Shown piece after piece: positions 20,032 through 28,450 of a stretch of DNA of 64,000 nt (its first letter is position 1; the number at the start of each line of letters is the position of its first letter). Source of the stretch: Dongiaceae bacterium (GTDB lineage Bacteria > Pseudomonadota > Alphaproteobacteria > Dongiales > Dongiaceae). A program made the position numbers and the translations under genes. The notes under the pieces are model-generated. The model made no database searches and had not been told where the DNA came from. It saw only the letters and a program-made list of their open reading frames with translations. The stretch covers positions 5,176 through 69,175 of the forward strand of contig JAWKVL010000019.1 in assembly GCA_041398065.1 (NCBI GenBank). Reading direction: 5' to 3'.

Positions 20032-21411
20032 ATGGGCGACGCATTGGATGTCGGCAGGTCGTTGCCGGGGTGGCTGTTGTACCCGGCGACGCTCCTTGTC
20101 CTGGTTCTCCTGGCATATCCCTTTTACCGCACGCGCAGCCTCATCGCGCGCTATGTGCTGTTCGCGCTGTGCTTCCGGTACCTCGCCAGCGCCCATCACG
20201 ACTTCACGTTCAATGCCTCGCCGATCGGCATTTCATGGAATGCGCTGGGGTCGGTTGCGGTCTTCGGGCTCGGATTGCTGTTGATCAGGACCCGACATCT
20301 TCTGCTGACGCCGCTGGTGCCCTTCTACGTCGTCATCGGCGTGGTCGTTCTCAGCGCTTTCGTCAATCACTCGATCGGCAGCAGCTTCGACGTGGTGGTC
20401 AAATACGGCTATCTCATCATCATTACCATCGCCGTTTATGAGTCGATCAGCGAACGCGGAGAGGAGCGCACGATGAGCCTGCTCCTGTGGGCGATGGTGA
20501 CCCCGCTTTTCTTGCAGATGCTCTCCATCATTTTCGACGTCAAGAAAGGTGTTGAAGGTCTGGGCGCCGGCGTCAGCTATGTCGGCGGCTACAATCACGA
20601 AGCCGGCTTCTCCACGGTGCTCGCGACCGGGCTGGTGATCGCGTGCTTCGCCACAAGCCTCCGGACTTGGGCGAGAGGCGTAATCATCCTGGCTTTGCTC
20701 GTCGGCCTGCTGTTCGCCAACTACCGGACCACGATTATCGCCTTCGCGCCGCTGGCATTCGTGCAATTCAACGCGGATTTCGTCGGGCGATTCTCGCCCC
20801 GGGTCAGGGTCGCCATCGGTCTTGCAATACTGGGAGTCAGCGCGGTGGGGGCGCTCGTCGCGGCCTGGTTCCTGCGCGAGAAGTTCGCCGACCTTGCCAC
20901 CGTCTTCTCGGAGCCCGGCCGCCTGATCAAGCCGCCGGAATTCTACACGCTCGACGAAAAGCACCTGCTGTCTGCGCGTCCGTACATTTGGGCGGGTTAT
21001 ATCGACGCCTACGTGAACGGCAGCCTGAAGAACTGGATCTTGGGCTTCGGCCCGAACTACTGGGTGGGACGGTTCCCCGTCTATGCCCACAACACCCTGA
21101 TTTCGACCATCTATGAATACGGCGTCGTCGGTGTCGTTGCGATGATCGGGCTCTGGTCTTCCATGCTCATCGCCGCATTGCGCGTGAAAGAGGGACCGAA
21201 GGGAAAGCTGCTGGCGGCGCATATCAGCTTCCTGATCTTGAACATGGCGACGATGCCGCATTGGACGATCGAGGGGAACATCCTCTATGGCATCGTCTGC
21301 GGCTACACGTTCTATCTGCTGCTCGGCCCCGCGACCAAACCGCAGCCCAGGGCGGCTATCGCCACAAAGCCGGCGATTTCTCAGTTCACGCGCCCACACA
21401 TCCTGAAATAG
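20032..21411 (+). CDS. O-antigen ligase/Wzy-like polytopic membrane protein
   Basis: About 12 hydrophobic segments, NYRT motif, SARPYIW..GFGP..AHN..EYGVVG signature. Confidence 0.78.
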   Translation: MGDALDVGRSLPGWLLYPATLLVLVLLAYPFYRTRSLIARYVLFALCFRYLASAHHDFTFNASPIGISWNALGSVAVFGLGLLLIRTRHLLLTPLVPFYVVIGVVVLSAFVNHSIGSSFDVVVKYGYLIIITIAVYESISERGEERTMSLLLWAMVTPLFLQMLSIIFDVKKGVEGLGAGVSYVGGYNHEAGFSTVLATGLVIACFATSLRTWARGVIILALLVGLLFANYRTTIIAFAPLAFVQFNADFVGRFSPRVRVAIGLAILGVSAVGALVAAWFLREKFADLATVFSEPGRLIKPPEFYTLDEKHLLSARPYIWAGYIDAYVNGSLKNWILGFGPNYWVGRFPVYAHNTLISTIYEYGVVGVVAMIGLWSSMLIAALRVKEGPKGKLLAAHISFLILNMATMPHWTIEGNILYGIVCGYTFYLLLGPATKPQPRAAIATKPAISQFTRPHILK

Positions 21412-21485
21412 CCCGATGACCGGGATATTGTCGCGCCCTCCAGGGCCCGGTATACTTTTGTGACAGTCCACGCGCTTTCCGCGCC

Positions 21486-22154
21486 ATGATCGAAAATCCG
21501 GGAACGCATCATCAGTGGTCCATGGCCAAGCAGCTTGACCTAGCCGGCATTGCCGATGTCCTGCGCCGACGTGGCGCGGCGGCACGCAGCCTGACCGCGA
21601 TTGCCGGCCCACCCGGTGCCGGCAAGTCGACACTGGCAGAGACTCTCGCCGCGAAACTGAACGCCGAAGTGGCCGACAGCGCGGCCGTGTTTCCCATGGA
21701 CGGCTACCACTTCGATGATCGCGTGCTCGTGCCACTGGGGCTGCGGCCGCGGAAGGGCGCGCCCGAGACGTTCGACGTGGCCGGCTTCTATCACATGCTG
21801 AGCCGTCTCAAGAGCAACGAAGAAGCGGAGGTCGCGGTACCGGTCTTCGACCGCGATCTTGAGATCGCGCGCGCCGGGGCACGTCTGATCCCGAGCTCGG
21901 TGCGCCACCTGATCGTCGAAGGCAACTATCTCCTGCTCGACCGCCCGGGCTGGGCGCGTCTGCCTGGCCTGTTCGATACCACCATCATGCTGTCGGTGCC
22001 GGAGGAAGTCCTGCGCCAAAGGCTGACGGCCCGCTGGCAAGGCTACGGGCTGCCGGCGAACGAGATCGCGGACAAAGTGGAAACGAACGATCTGCCGAAC
22101 GGCAGGCTCGTGGTCTCCGCCAGCATCGCGGCGGAGTTCGTGTTTCCGGGCTAG
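21486..22154 (+). CDS. YggC/FrcK-type P-loop kinase (start may be 21522)
   Basis: AGPPGAGKST, PMDGYH, RKGAPETFD, VEGNYLLL, NDLPN. Confidence 0.88.
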   Translation: MIENPGTHHQWSMAKQLDLAGIADVLRRRGAAARSLTAIAGPPGAGKSTLAETLAAKLNAEVADSAAVFPMDGYHFDDRVLVPLGLRPRKGAPETFDVAGFYHMLSRLKSNEEAEVAVPVFDRDLEIARAGARLIPSSVRHLIVEGNYLLLDRPGWARLPGLFDTTIMLSVPEEVLRQRLTARWQGYGLPANEIADKVETNDLPNGRLVVSASIAAEFVFPG

Positions 22155-23875
22155 CCCATCGTCTTCTTCAAGAGCGCCATCAATTGCGGCAATGGCCTGC
22201 AATTGAGCACATCCTTGGGGCCTAGCCATCCGCGTCGCGCTTCGCCGATGCCATAGGCCAGATAGTCGAGTTCGGATGTGTCGTGCGCATCGGAATCGAT
22301 GGATATCAGCACGCCGGCCTGACGGGCAGCCTTGCAATAGATGTCAGTCAGGTCGAGCCTCTGGGGTTGGCAATTGAGCTCGAGATAACAGCCGCGCTGC
22401 CGCGCCGCTTCGATCACGCGCTCCACATCGAAAGGATAGCTCTCGCGCTCGCCCAGCAATCGCCCGCTCGGATGCGCAAGGATCGTGAAGTACTCTTGAT
22501 CCAGCGCGCGCAGCAGCCGCGCCGTCTGCTTTGCGGCGGGGAGGTTGAAGTGACTGTGAATCGCCCCGACCACCAGGTCCAGATGGCCAAGCGTCTCATC
22601 CGGCAGGTCGAGGCGGCCGTCTTCCAGAATGTCGACCTCAATCCCCTTCAGAATCCGGAAATCCTTCAGCTTGGCATTCAGTGCGTCGATCTTTGCGCCC
22701 TGTCGCAGCAGGCGCCTGGAATCGAGCCCATGGGCAACCGTCAGACGCTGCGAATGGTCGGTGATCGCCAGGTAGCGCATTCCAGCACGCCGCGCCGCCG
22801 CAACCATGCCTTCGAGGCTGCTTCGACCGTCGGTCGCGTCGGTGTGGCTGTGCAGGTCGCCTTTCAGATCTCGCCTCTCCACCAGCGCCGGCAAGTCACG
22901 CGCAGCCGCCAGATCCAGTTCACCCCGATCCTCGCGCAGCTCCGGCGGAATCTCCGCCAGCCCGACGGCGCGATAAACCGACTTCTCGTCTTGGCCCGCG
23001 ATCCGGCGGTTGCCGCGGAAGACACCATATTCGTTGATCTTCAATCCGCGCTTCTGTCCCATCCGCCGGATCGCGATGTTGTGAGCCTTGCTGCCGGTGA
23101 AATAGACCAGAGCGGCGCCGTAGCTTTCTTCCGGCACGACGCGTAGGTCGACCTGGAGCCCATCCCTCAGGATCACCGTCGCCCTCGTCGGGCCCTGTGC
23201 CAGGATCTTCTTGATATCCTCATGGCCGACGAAGTGCGATATGACCGGTGCGCCGTCTTTAGCGGTCGCGATGATATCTATGTCGCCGACAGTCTCGCGC
23301 GCGCGCCGATAGCTGCCCGCCACCGACACCTGAGACACGCCGGGCGCCTTCCGCAAGTATCCGATCAGCGAATCTACGACCGGCCTGACCCGCCACCGAA
23401 GGACGCGCTGCGGAGCGGCGCTCACGGTTTCCGCAGCATTCAGGATGGCCGTTTGCGTCTTTGCACCCAGGCCCGGTATCTCCGCCAGCTTGCCGGCACG
23501 CGCCGCTTTCTGCAGCGCCGCAACGGAGGAAATGCCGAGCTTGTCATAAAGCAGCTTGGCGCGTTTCGGCCCGAGGCCGGGCAGTTTCAACAGGGCGATC
23601 AGGCCGTGCGGCAGTTCGCGGCGGAGGCGGTAGAGCAGCTCGGTGCCGCCGGTGTCGACCACATCCTTGATCTTGCCGGCGAGATCATCGCCAATCCCAG
23701 GCAGGTCCGTGAGTTTTTCACCCTTCTTGAGGCTGTCCGCGACCTCGCGCTGCAGGCCCCTGAGTGTGCGGGCGGCCGTGCGGTAGGCGCGAATCCTGAA
23801 CGGATTCGCCTGCTGAATTTCCAGCAGTTCTGCGATTTCGTCGAATATGTCCGCAATCTCGTTGTTACGGATCAT
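22151..23875 (-). CDS. polX: DNA polymerase X with PHP 3'-5' exonuclease domain
   Basis: NPFRIRAY, HhH motifs PGIG/PGLGPK, GSYRRARETVGDIDI, VDLRVV, YFTGSKAHN, PPELRE. PHP motifs DLHSHT, ITDHS, DSDAH. Confidence 0.95.
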   Translation of the reverse strand: MIRNNEIADIFDEIAELLEIQQANPFRIRAYRTAARTLRGLQREVADSLKKGEKLTDLPGIGDDLAGKIKDVVDTGGTELLYRLRRELPHGLIALLKLPGLGPKRAKLLYDKLGISSVAALQKAARAGKLAEIPGLGAKTQTAILNAAETVSAAPQRVLRWRVRPVVDSLIGYLRKAPGVSQVSVAGSYRRARETVGDIDIIATAKDGAPVISHFVGHEDIKKILAQGPTRATVILRDGLQVDLRVVPEESYGAALVYFTGSKAHNIAIRRMGQKRGLKINEYGVFRGNRRIAGQDEKSVYRAVGLAEIPPELREDRGELDLAAARDLPALVERRDLKGDLHSHTDATDGRSSLEGMVAAARRAGMRYLAITDHSQRLTVAHGLDSRRLLRQGAKIDALNAKLKDFRILKGIEVDILEDGRLDLPDETLGHLDLVVGAIHSHFNLPAAKQTARLLRALDQEYFTILAHPSGRLLGERESYPFDVERVIEAARQRGCYLELNCQPQRLDLTDIYCKAARQAGVLISIDSDAHDTSELDYLAYGIGEARRGWLGPKDVLNCRPLPQLMALLKKTMG

Positions 23876-23931
23876 GAGGGCGCCAGATGAATCAGTCTGA
23901 GAAACCCTCACCCGGGTTACCGGAGGATGCC

Positions 23932-23945
23932 TTGATCCGGATCAA
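23932..23945. promoter_or_regulatory. FNR/FixK box
   Basis: TTGAT-CCGG-ATCAA, a perfect consensus in the 141-bp divergent polX / malic enzyme gap. Confidence 0.8.
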
Positions 23946-24016
23946 CGCGAAAAGCCGCCATTCGGACATGCTGTTGACCAAACGCAACCACAGCGGGCGA
24001 AACCGGGGGGCAGTCG

Positions 24017-25345
24017 ATGGGATCCGACGATCAGCGGCCTGGTGGCTCCAGCTCCGACGCCATCCAACGCCATCGGCGCTATGGCGGAAAGATGCAGACC
24101 ATATTGAAATGCCCGATCCAGGGGGCAAGCGACTTCGCCACTTGGTACACGCCGGGCGTCGCCGAACCCTGCCGGGCCATCCAGGCAAGCCCGGAAGCGG
24201 TCTATGAACTGACGAACAAGGGGAACCTGGTCGCCGTGGTTTCCGATGGGTCGCGCGTGCTTGGGCTCGGCGACATCGGGCCGGAAGCCGGCCTGCCGGT
24301 CATGGAGGGCAAAAGCCTCCTCTTCAAGTATCTCGGCGGCGTCGACGCGGTGGCGCTGTGTCTGGCCACCAGGACGGTTGACGATCTGGTGCAAGCGGTG
24401 GAGTGGCTTGCCCCCTCTTTCGGCGCCATCAACCTGGAAGACATCGCCCAGCCAAAATGCTTTCGAGTCCTCGAGGCCTTGCGGCAGCGCCTGCCCATTC
24501 CGATCTGGCATGACGATCAGCAAGGGACAGCGACCGTCGTCCTGGCCGGACTGATGAATGCCCTCCAGGTCACGGGCCGGGATTTCAAGACGACACGGAT
24601 CGCGATGGTCGGCGCCGGCGCGGCCAACATTGCCACCTACAAGCTGCTGACCGCGTACGGTGTTGCGCCGGGTCAGATCGTGGTGTGCGACAGCAGGGGC
24701 ATCCTTGGTCCGGACCGCACAGACATCGAGGCGTCGAGCAGTCTCTATCCCGAGAAATGGCAGATCTGTCGCGAAACCAATGCCGCGCGACGGAGCGGTG
24801 GAATCGCCGAAGCATTGGCCGGCAGCGATGTGTGTCTGGCGTTTTCACAACCGGGCCCCGACATCATCAAGGCCGAATGGGTCCGGCACATGGCCGCGGA
24901 TGCCATTGTGTTCGCCTGCGCCAATCCGGTGCCTGAAATCTGGCCGCAAGCAGCACTGGCGGCGGGTGCCCGGATCGTTGCCACCGGGCGCAGCGACTTC
25001 AAGAATCAGGTCAACAACTCGCTGGTCTTTCCAGGCATGTTTCGCGGCGTGCTCGACGTTCGCGCCCGCGCGATCAATGAGACCATGGCGATCGCCGCCG
25101 CGCGAGCGCTTGCCGGCTACGGGGTGGCGCTGGGACTGACGGCCGAACGAATCCTGCCCGCCATGGACGATCCGGAGACGGCCGTCCGGGTTGCGGTCGC
25201 GGTCGCACTGAGCGCGCAGGCGCAGGGACTGGCAGACTTGAGCCACGATGAAGCGACGATCCGGCGCATGGCGGAGCGCGCCATTGGGCGCGCGCGTGGC
25301 GATTGCGCCGCTTTGTTCCCCGCCGACAAGGACAGTGAGCGCTAG
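24017..25345 (+). CDS. NAD(P)-dependent malic enzyme (short form, no PTA domain)
   Basis: YTPGVAEPC, VSDGSRVLGLGDIG, PVMEGK, INLEDI, HDDQQGT, GAGAA, ANPVPEI, ATGRSDFKNQVNN. Confidence 0.93.
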   Translation: MGSDDQRPGGSSSDAIQRHRRYGGKMQTILKCPIQGASDFATWYTPGVAEPCRAIQASPEAVYELTNKGNLVAVVSDGSRVLGLGDIGPEAGLPVMEGKSLLFKYLGGVDAVALCLATRTVDDLVQAVEWLAPSFGAINLEDIAQPKCFRVLEALRQRLPIPIWHDDQQGTATVVLAGLMNALQVTGRDFKTTRIAMVGAGAANIATYKLLTAYGVAPGQIVVCDSRGILGPDRTDIEASSSLYPEKWQICRETNAARRSGGIAEALAGSDVCLAFSQPGPDIIKAEWVRHMAADAIVFACANPVPEIWPQAALAAGARIVATGRSDFKNQVNNSLVFPGMFRGVLDVRARAINETMAIAAARALAGYGVALGLTAERILPAMDDPETAVRVAVAVALSAQAQGLADLSHDEATIRRMAERAIGRARGDCAALFPADKDSER

Positions 25346-25346
25346 T

Positions 25347-27593
25347 TCAGGAGCCGTGCAAACGACCCGTCACGGCAAGCGATGCGCTCTTGCCATCGCG
25401 ACCTGACTCTCTTACTTGGCCAATGACGACGGCATGCTCATAGCCGGCAGCCTGCAGCTCCGAGACACAGTCCGCCGCGACGCTCGCGGGAACTCCGGCC
25501 AGCAGACCGCCGGATGTTTGCGGGTCGAACAGGATGGCCTTGGTCGGCTCGTCGATATGGCCTGCGAGCAGACCGAGACGTGCCAGATTTTCGGGCAGGA
25601 GCGTCGACACCAGTCCCTGCTTCGCCAGGGCAAGGACGTCTTGATAGAGAGGGAGCGACGCAAGATCGAGCTCCGCCTTGGCTCCGCTCGCGGTCAGCAT
25701 TTCGTCCAGATGGCCGACCAACCCGAAGCCCGTCACATCCGTCATCGCGCTCGCGCCGCGCTTCGCCAGGATCAGCGCCGCCTCGCGATTTGACTGTCGC
25801 ATTTCCGTCAGCGTTGTTGCGACCGAGTTCGCATTTGCCCGCCCGCGCATCGCTGCGGCGAACAGGATCCCCGTGCCGAGCGGCCGCGTAAGGATCAATG
25901 CGTCGCCCTCCGCCAGGCCACCTTTGCGGATCATGCGGTCGGGCGCGACCTCGCCGGTCACGCTGAGGCCAAACGCGAGTTCTGCGCCTTCGCTCGAATG
26001 GCCGCCGACCAGTGCCACGCCTTCGCGATCGAGGCAGGCCCGGGCGCCGGAAAGCAGCTGAAACAGCGCCTCCTCGACCTTTGCCGCGGAACCGGACGGA
26101 ATCACCGCGGTCGCCAAGGCGTGCAACGGCTGGCCACCCATCGCAAACACGTCGTTCAGCGCGTGATTTGCCGCGATCTCTCCAAACACGAAGGGATCGT
26201 CGATGAACGCGCGGAAGAAGTCGACGGTCTGGACCAGGTAGCCGAACTTCGGCGGCGCCAGAACGGCCGCATCGTCGGGTGCATCCAGCCCCACGATCAC
26301 CCCGTCGGCGACCGGCGGCGGCAGTCTGGACAAGGCGTGCGACAACGGCGCAGGTCCGATCTTGGCGGCGCAGCCGCCGCAGCGCATCTCCTCCGCGGTG
26401 GAGCGCTCGGGCGGGAGAGCCGGCATGCGCGCCAGCATGGCATCCGTATCCTGGTACATCCGCATCCAGCGGCGATCGATCCAGTCCTTCCAGGTCCAGA
26501 CCCACGCACCTTCGGTCTTGAACGGCCCGCGCGAGGCTACGGCGTAGCGCTCGCCGGTCGAGATCAGCGCAAGGTGCCGCCGCTGCGGCCGCCAGGGCTT
26601 CGGCGCCTCGCTTCGGGCGCGGCGGCGCAGATTGCGCGCAAGCGGCGGGCCGGCGCGCACGGCATATACGCCGGCCTTCTCGCGCGGCGTCTCGGTCAGG
26701 TTCACGCAATCGCCTGCGCCGAAGACGTCCGGATCGTTGAGCGCCTGCAGGGTGGAACCGACCGCAAGAAACCCATCCTGATCGAGCGCGAGTCCGGTCC
26801 CGCCAAACCACGATGGCGCGGCAGCGCCGGTCGTCACCAGGACAGCGTCCGCCGCGACGCTCTGGCCGCTCTCAAGCTCGATCGCACATGATGTCACGGC
26901 CCGCGCCGGCTGGTGCTCGAGCAACGCGATTCCGCGGTCAGACAAGGCTCGCCGGAAACTGTCGCAGACTTTCGGATCATGGGTCGACAGGATCTCGCCG
27001 TCTGTGACCAAGGTGAAGGAGAGTTCCGCTCCGTCCCGGCCTTCCCGGCGCGCGTCGGCAAGCAGGTGGGAGCGAACGGACAGGATGAGCTCGACGCCGC
27101 CCGCGCCGCCGCCGATCACCGAGATGCGGCGCGGACCATCCGGCGCGCGGCAGCGCTTCCGCAGTGCTGCGAACTTGCTGAGGAACGATCCGATCGGCTT
27201 GACGGCAATACCATGCTCGGCCGCGCCTGCGATCTGAGCCAAAACCGGCGTGATGCCGACATCGATGGACAAGAGATCGTAGGCAATCGGCGGCCGGCCA
27301 GCCAGCAGAACGCGCTTCTCCGCGCAGTCGAGACCAATTGCTTCCGCGTGGATCAGGCGCGTGCCGGTCACCGCACTAAGGCGGAGCAGATCGATATGCG
27401 CCTCTTTCTCACTGTAGAGACCGGCGATGACGCCAGGCAGCATCCCGGAATAAGGCGTCTCAAGATCGCGCGTCACCAGCGTCAGCCGGACACCACGTTC
27501 AGGCCGCATCGCGAAGGACTTGAGAACGTGGACGTGAGCGTGCCCCCCGCCGAGCAGTACGATGTCGGTGCGAACCTCCGTCGCGCGCATCAT
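25347..27593 (-). CDS. selD: Selenide, water dikinase fused to an N-terminal pyridine nucleotide-disulfide oxidoreductase
   Basis: N-domain LLGGGHAH, YSGMLPG, IGGGAGGVE, KAGVYAVR. SelD domain MRCGGCAAK, DDAAV, QTVDFF, GGHS, TDVTGFGLVGHL, DPQTSGGLL. Confidence 0.95.
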   Translation of the reverse strand: MMRATEVRTDIVLLGGGHAHVHVLKSFAMRPERGVRLTLVTRDLETPYSGMLPGVIAGLYSEKEAHIDLLRLSAVTGTRLIHAEAIGLDCAEKRVLLAGRPPIAYDLLSIDVGITPVLAQIAGAAEHGIAVKPIGSFLSKFAALRKRCRAPDGPRRISVIGGGAGGVELILSVRSHLLADARREGRDGAELSFTLVTDGEILSTHDPKVCDSFRRALSDRGIALLEHQPARAVTSCAIELESGQSVAADAVLVTTGAAAPSWFGGTGLALDQDGFLAVGSTLQALNDPDVFGAGDCVNLTETPREKAGVYAVRAGPPLARNLRRRARSEAPKPWRPQRRHLALISTGERYAVASRGPFKTEGAWVWTWKDWIDRRWMRMYQDTDAMLARMPALPPERSTAEEMRCGGCAAKIGPAPLSHALSRLPPPVADGVIVGLDAPDDAAVLAPPKFGYLVQTVDFFRAFIDDPFVFGEIAANHALNDVFAMGGQPLHALATAVIPSGSAAKVEEALFQLLSGARACLDREGVALVGGHSSEGAELAFGLSVTGEVAPDRMIRKGGLAEGDALILTRPLGTGILFAAAMRGRANANSVATTLTEMRQSNREAALILAKRGASAMTDVTGFGLVGHLDEMLTASGAKAELDLASLPLYQDVLALAKQGLVSTLLPENLARLGLLAGHIDEPTKAILFDPQTSGGLLAGVPASVAADCVSELQAAGYEHAVVIGQVRESGRDGKSASLAVTGRLHGS

Positions 27594-27615
27594 CGCCGCT
27601 GCTGGATCCCGGCCG

Positions 27616-28008
27616 TCACTGTGCAGGAGCCTCCTCGACCATCATGCGGCGGCCCTCGCGGTCGAAGAAGAAGCCCTCGTTGAGCGCCAGGCGCTCGGCC
27701 TTCACCCGCATTTCCAGCGCGCGCAGCCCGACGCGCGCCGCATCGTTGTCAAGCGGCCCGCCCTCCGGCGCCGTCACGGGATAGAAGGAGGCGCCGTCCC
27801 AGCGCACGCCCGCGCCGGCGAACAGCGTGACGATTTCAGGCCAGTCGATCTCGTCGCCGATTACGTTGAGGTAGGTGGAAGCGACCGGCGTGACGGATTG
27901 TTCGCCAATCTCCACCAGCACCACCAGAGCGGTGAAGGCGCCGCGCTGTTCAATTTCGTCGACGATCCATTCGGCGAAATTTGAGATGTCGGCGTCAGAA
28001 ATCGACAA
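27616..28008 (-). CDS. Hypothetical protein, 130 aa, in the sel operon
   Basis: TTG start after GGAGA, overlapping the upstream gene's end. Globular-looking composition, and it fills the gap before selD. Confidence 0.7.
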   Translation of the reverse strand: MSISDADISNFAEWIVDEIEQRGAFTALVVLVEIGEQSVTPVASTYLNVIGDEIDWPEIVTLFAGAGVRWDGASFYPVTAPEGGPLDNDAARVGLRALEMRVKAERLALNEGFFFDREGRRMMVEEAPAQ

Positions 28009-28450
28009 GGGGGGTCTCCGGCATCGGCTGATCCAGCAAGTCCCAGAAGGACTTACGGTGGGTTTCCTCGTACCAGCGCTCGAATTCGGCGAGCAGCGCG
28101 GGCAGGTCGGCCGGCGGCGTTTCGGGCTCCGGATTCTGGTCGGCGAAAATGCCCCGAATCAGGGGGGTGAAGGAGTCCAGAATCGCCGTGCGCGCCTCGC
28201 TGTCGCTCGACCAGCCCAGCTTGGCACGCAGCAGCGCGAGCCCGCTCGCGACCGCCATCTCCTCGCTTTCGGCCCGCCCCACCGCTTCCACGATCGGGCG
28301 CAACAGGTTCAGGCGCCGGAATGCGAAGCTGCGTGCGCGATCGAGATGCTTGATGCGCTCCGCTGCCTCGCGCCGATAGGCGGTCTCCGCTGCGCCGGCA
28401 TCTTTCGCTGCGTTTTCGAGTGCGGCGATGAAAGACGTTGGCGTGCTCAT
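27995..28450 (-). CDS. Hypothetical helical protein, 151 aa, translationally coupled to selB
   Basis: GGGAG RBS, and the ATG overlaps the selB TGA (ATGA). Sequence [38 protein letters not shown]. Confidence 0.78.
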   Translation of the reverse strand: MSTPTSFIAALENAAKDAGAAETAYRREAAERIKHLDRARSFAFRRLNLLRPIVEAVGRAESEEMAVASGLALLRAKLGWSSDSEARTAILDSFTPLIRGIFADQNPEPETPPADLPALLAEFERWYEETHRKSFWDLLDQPMPETPLVDF

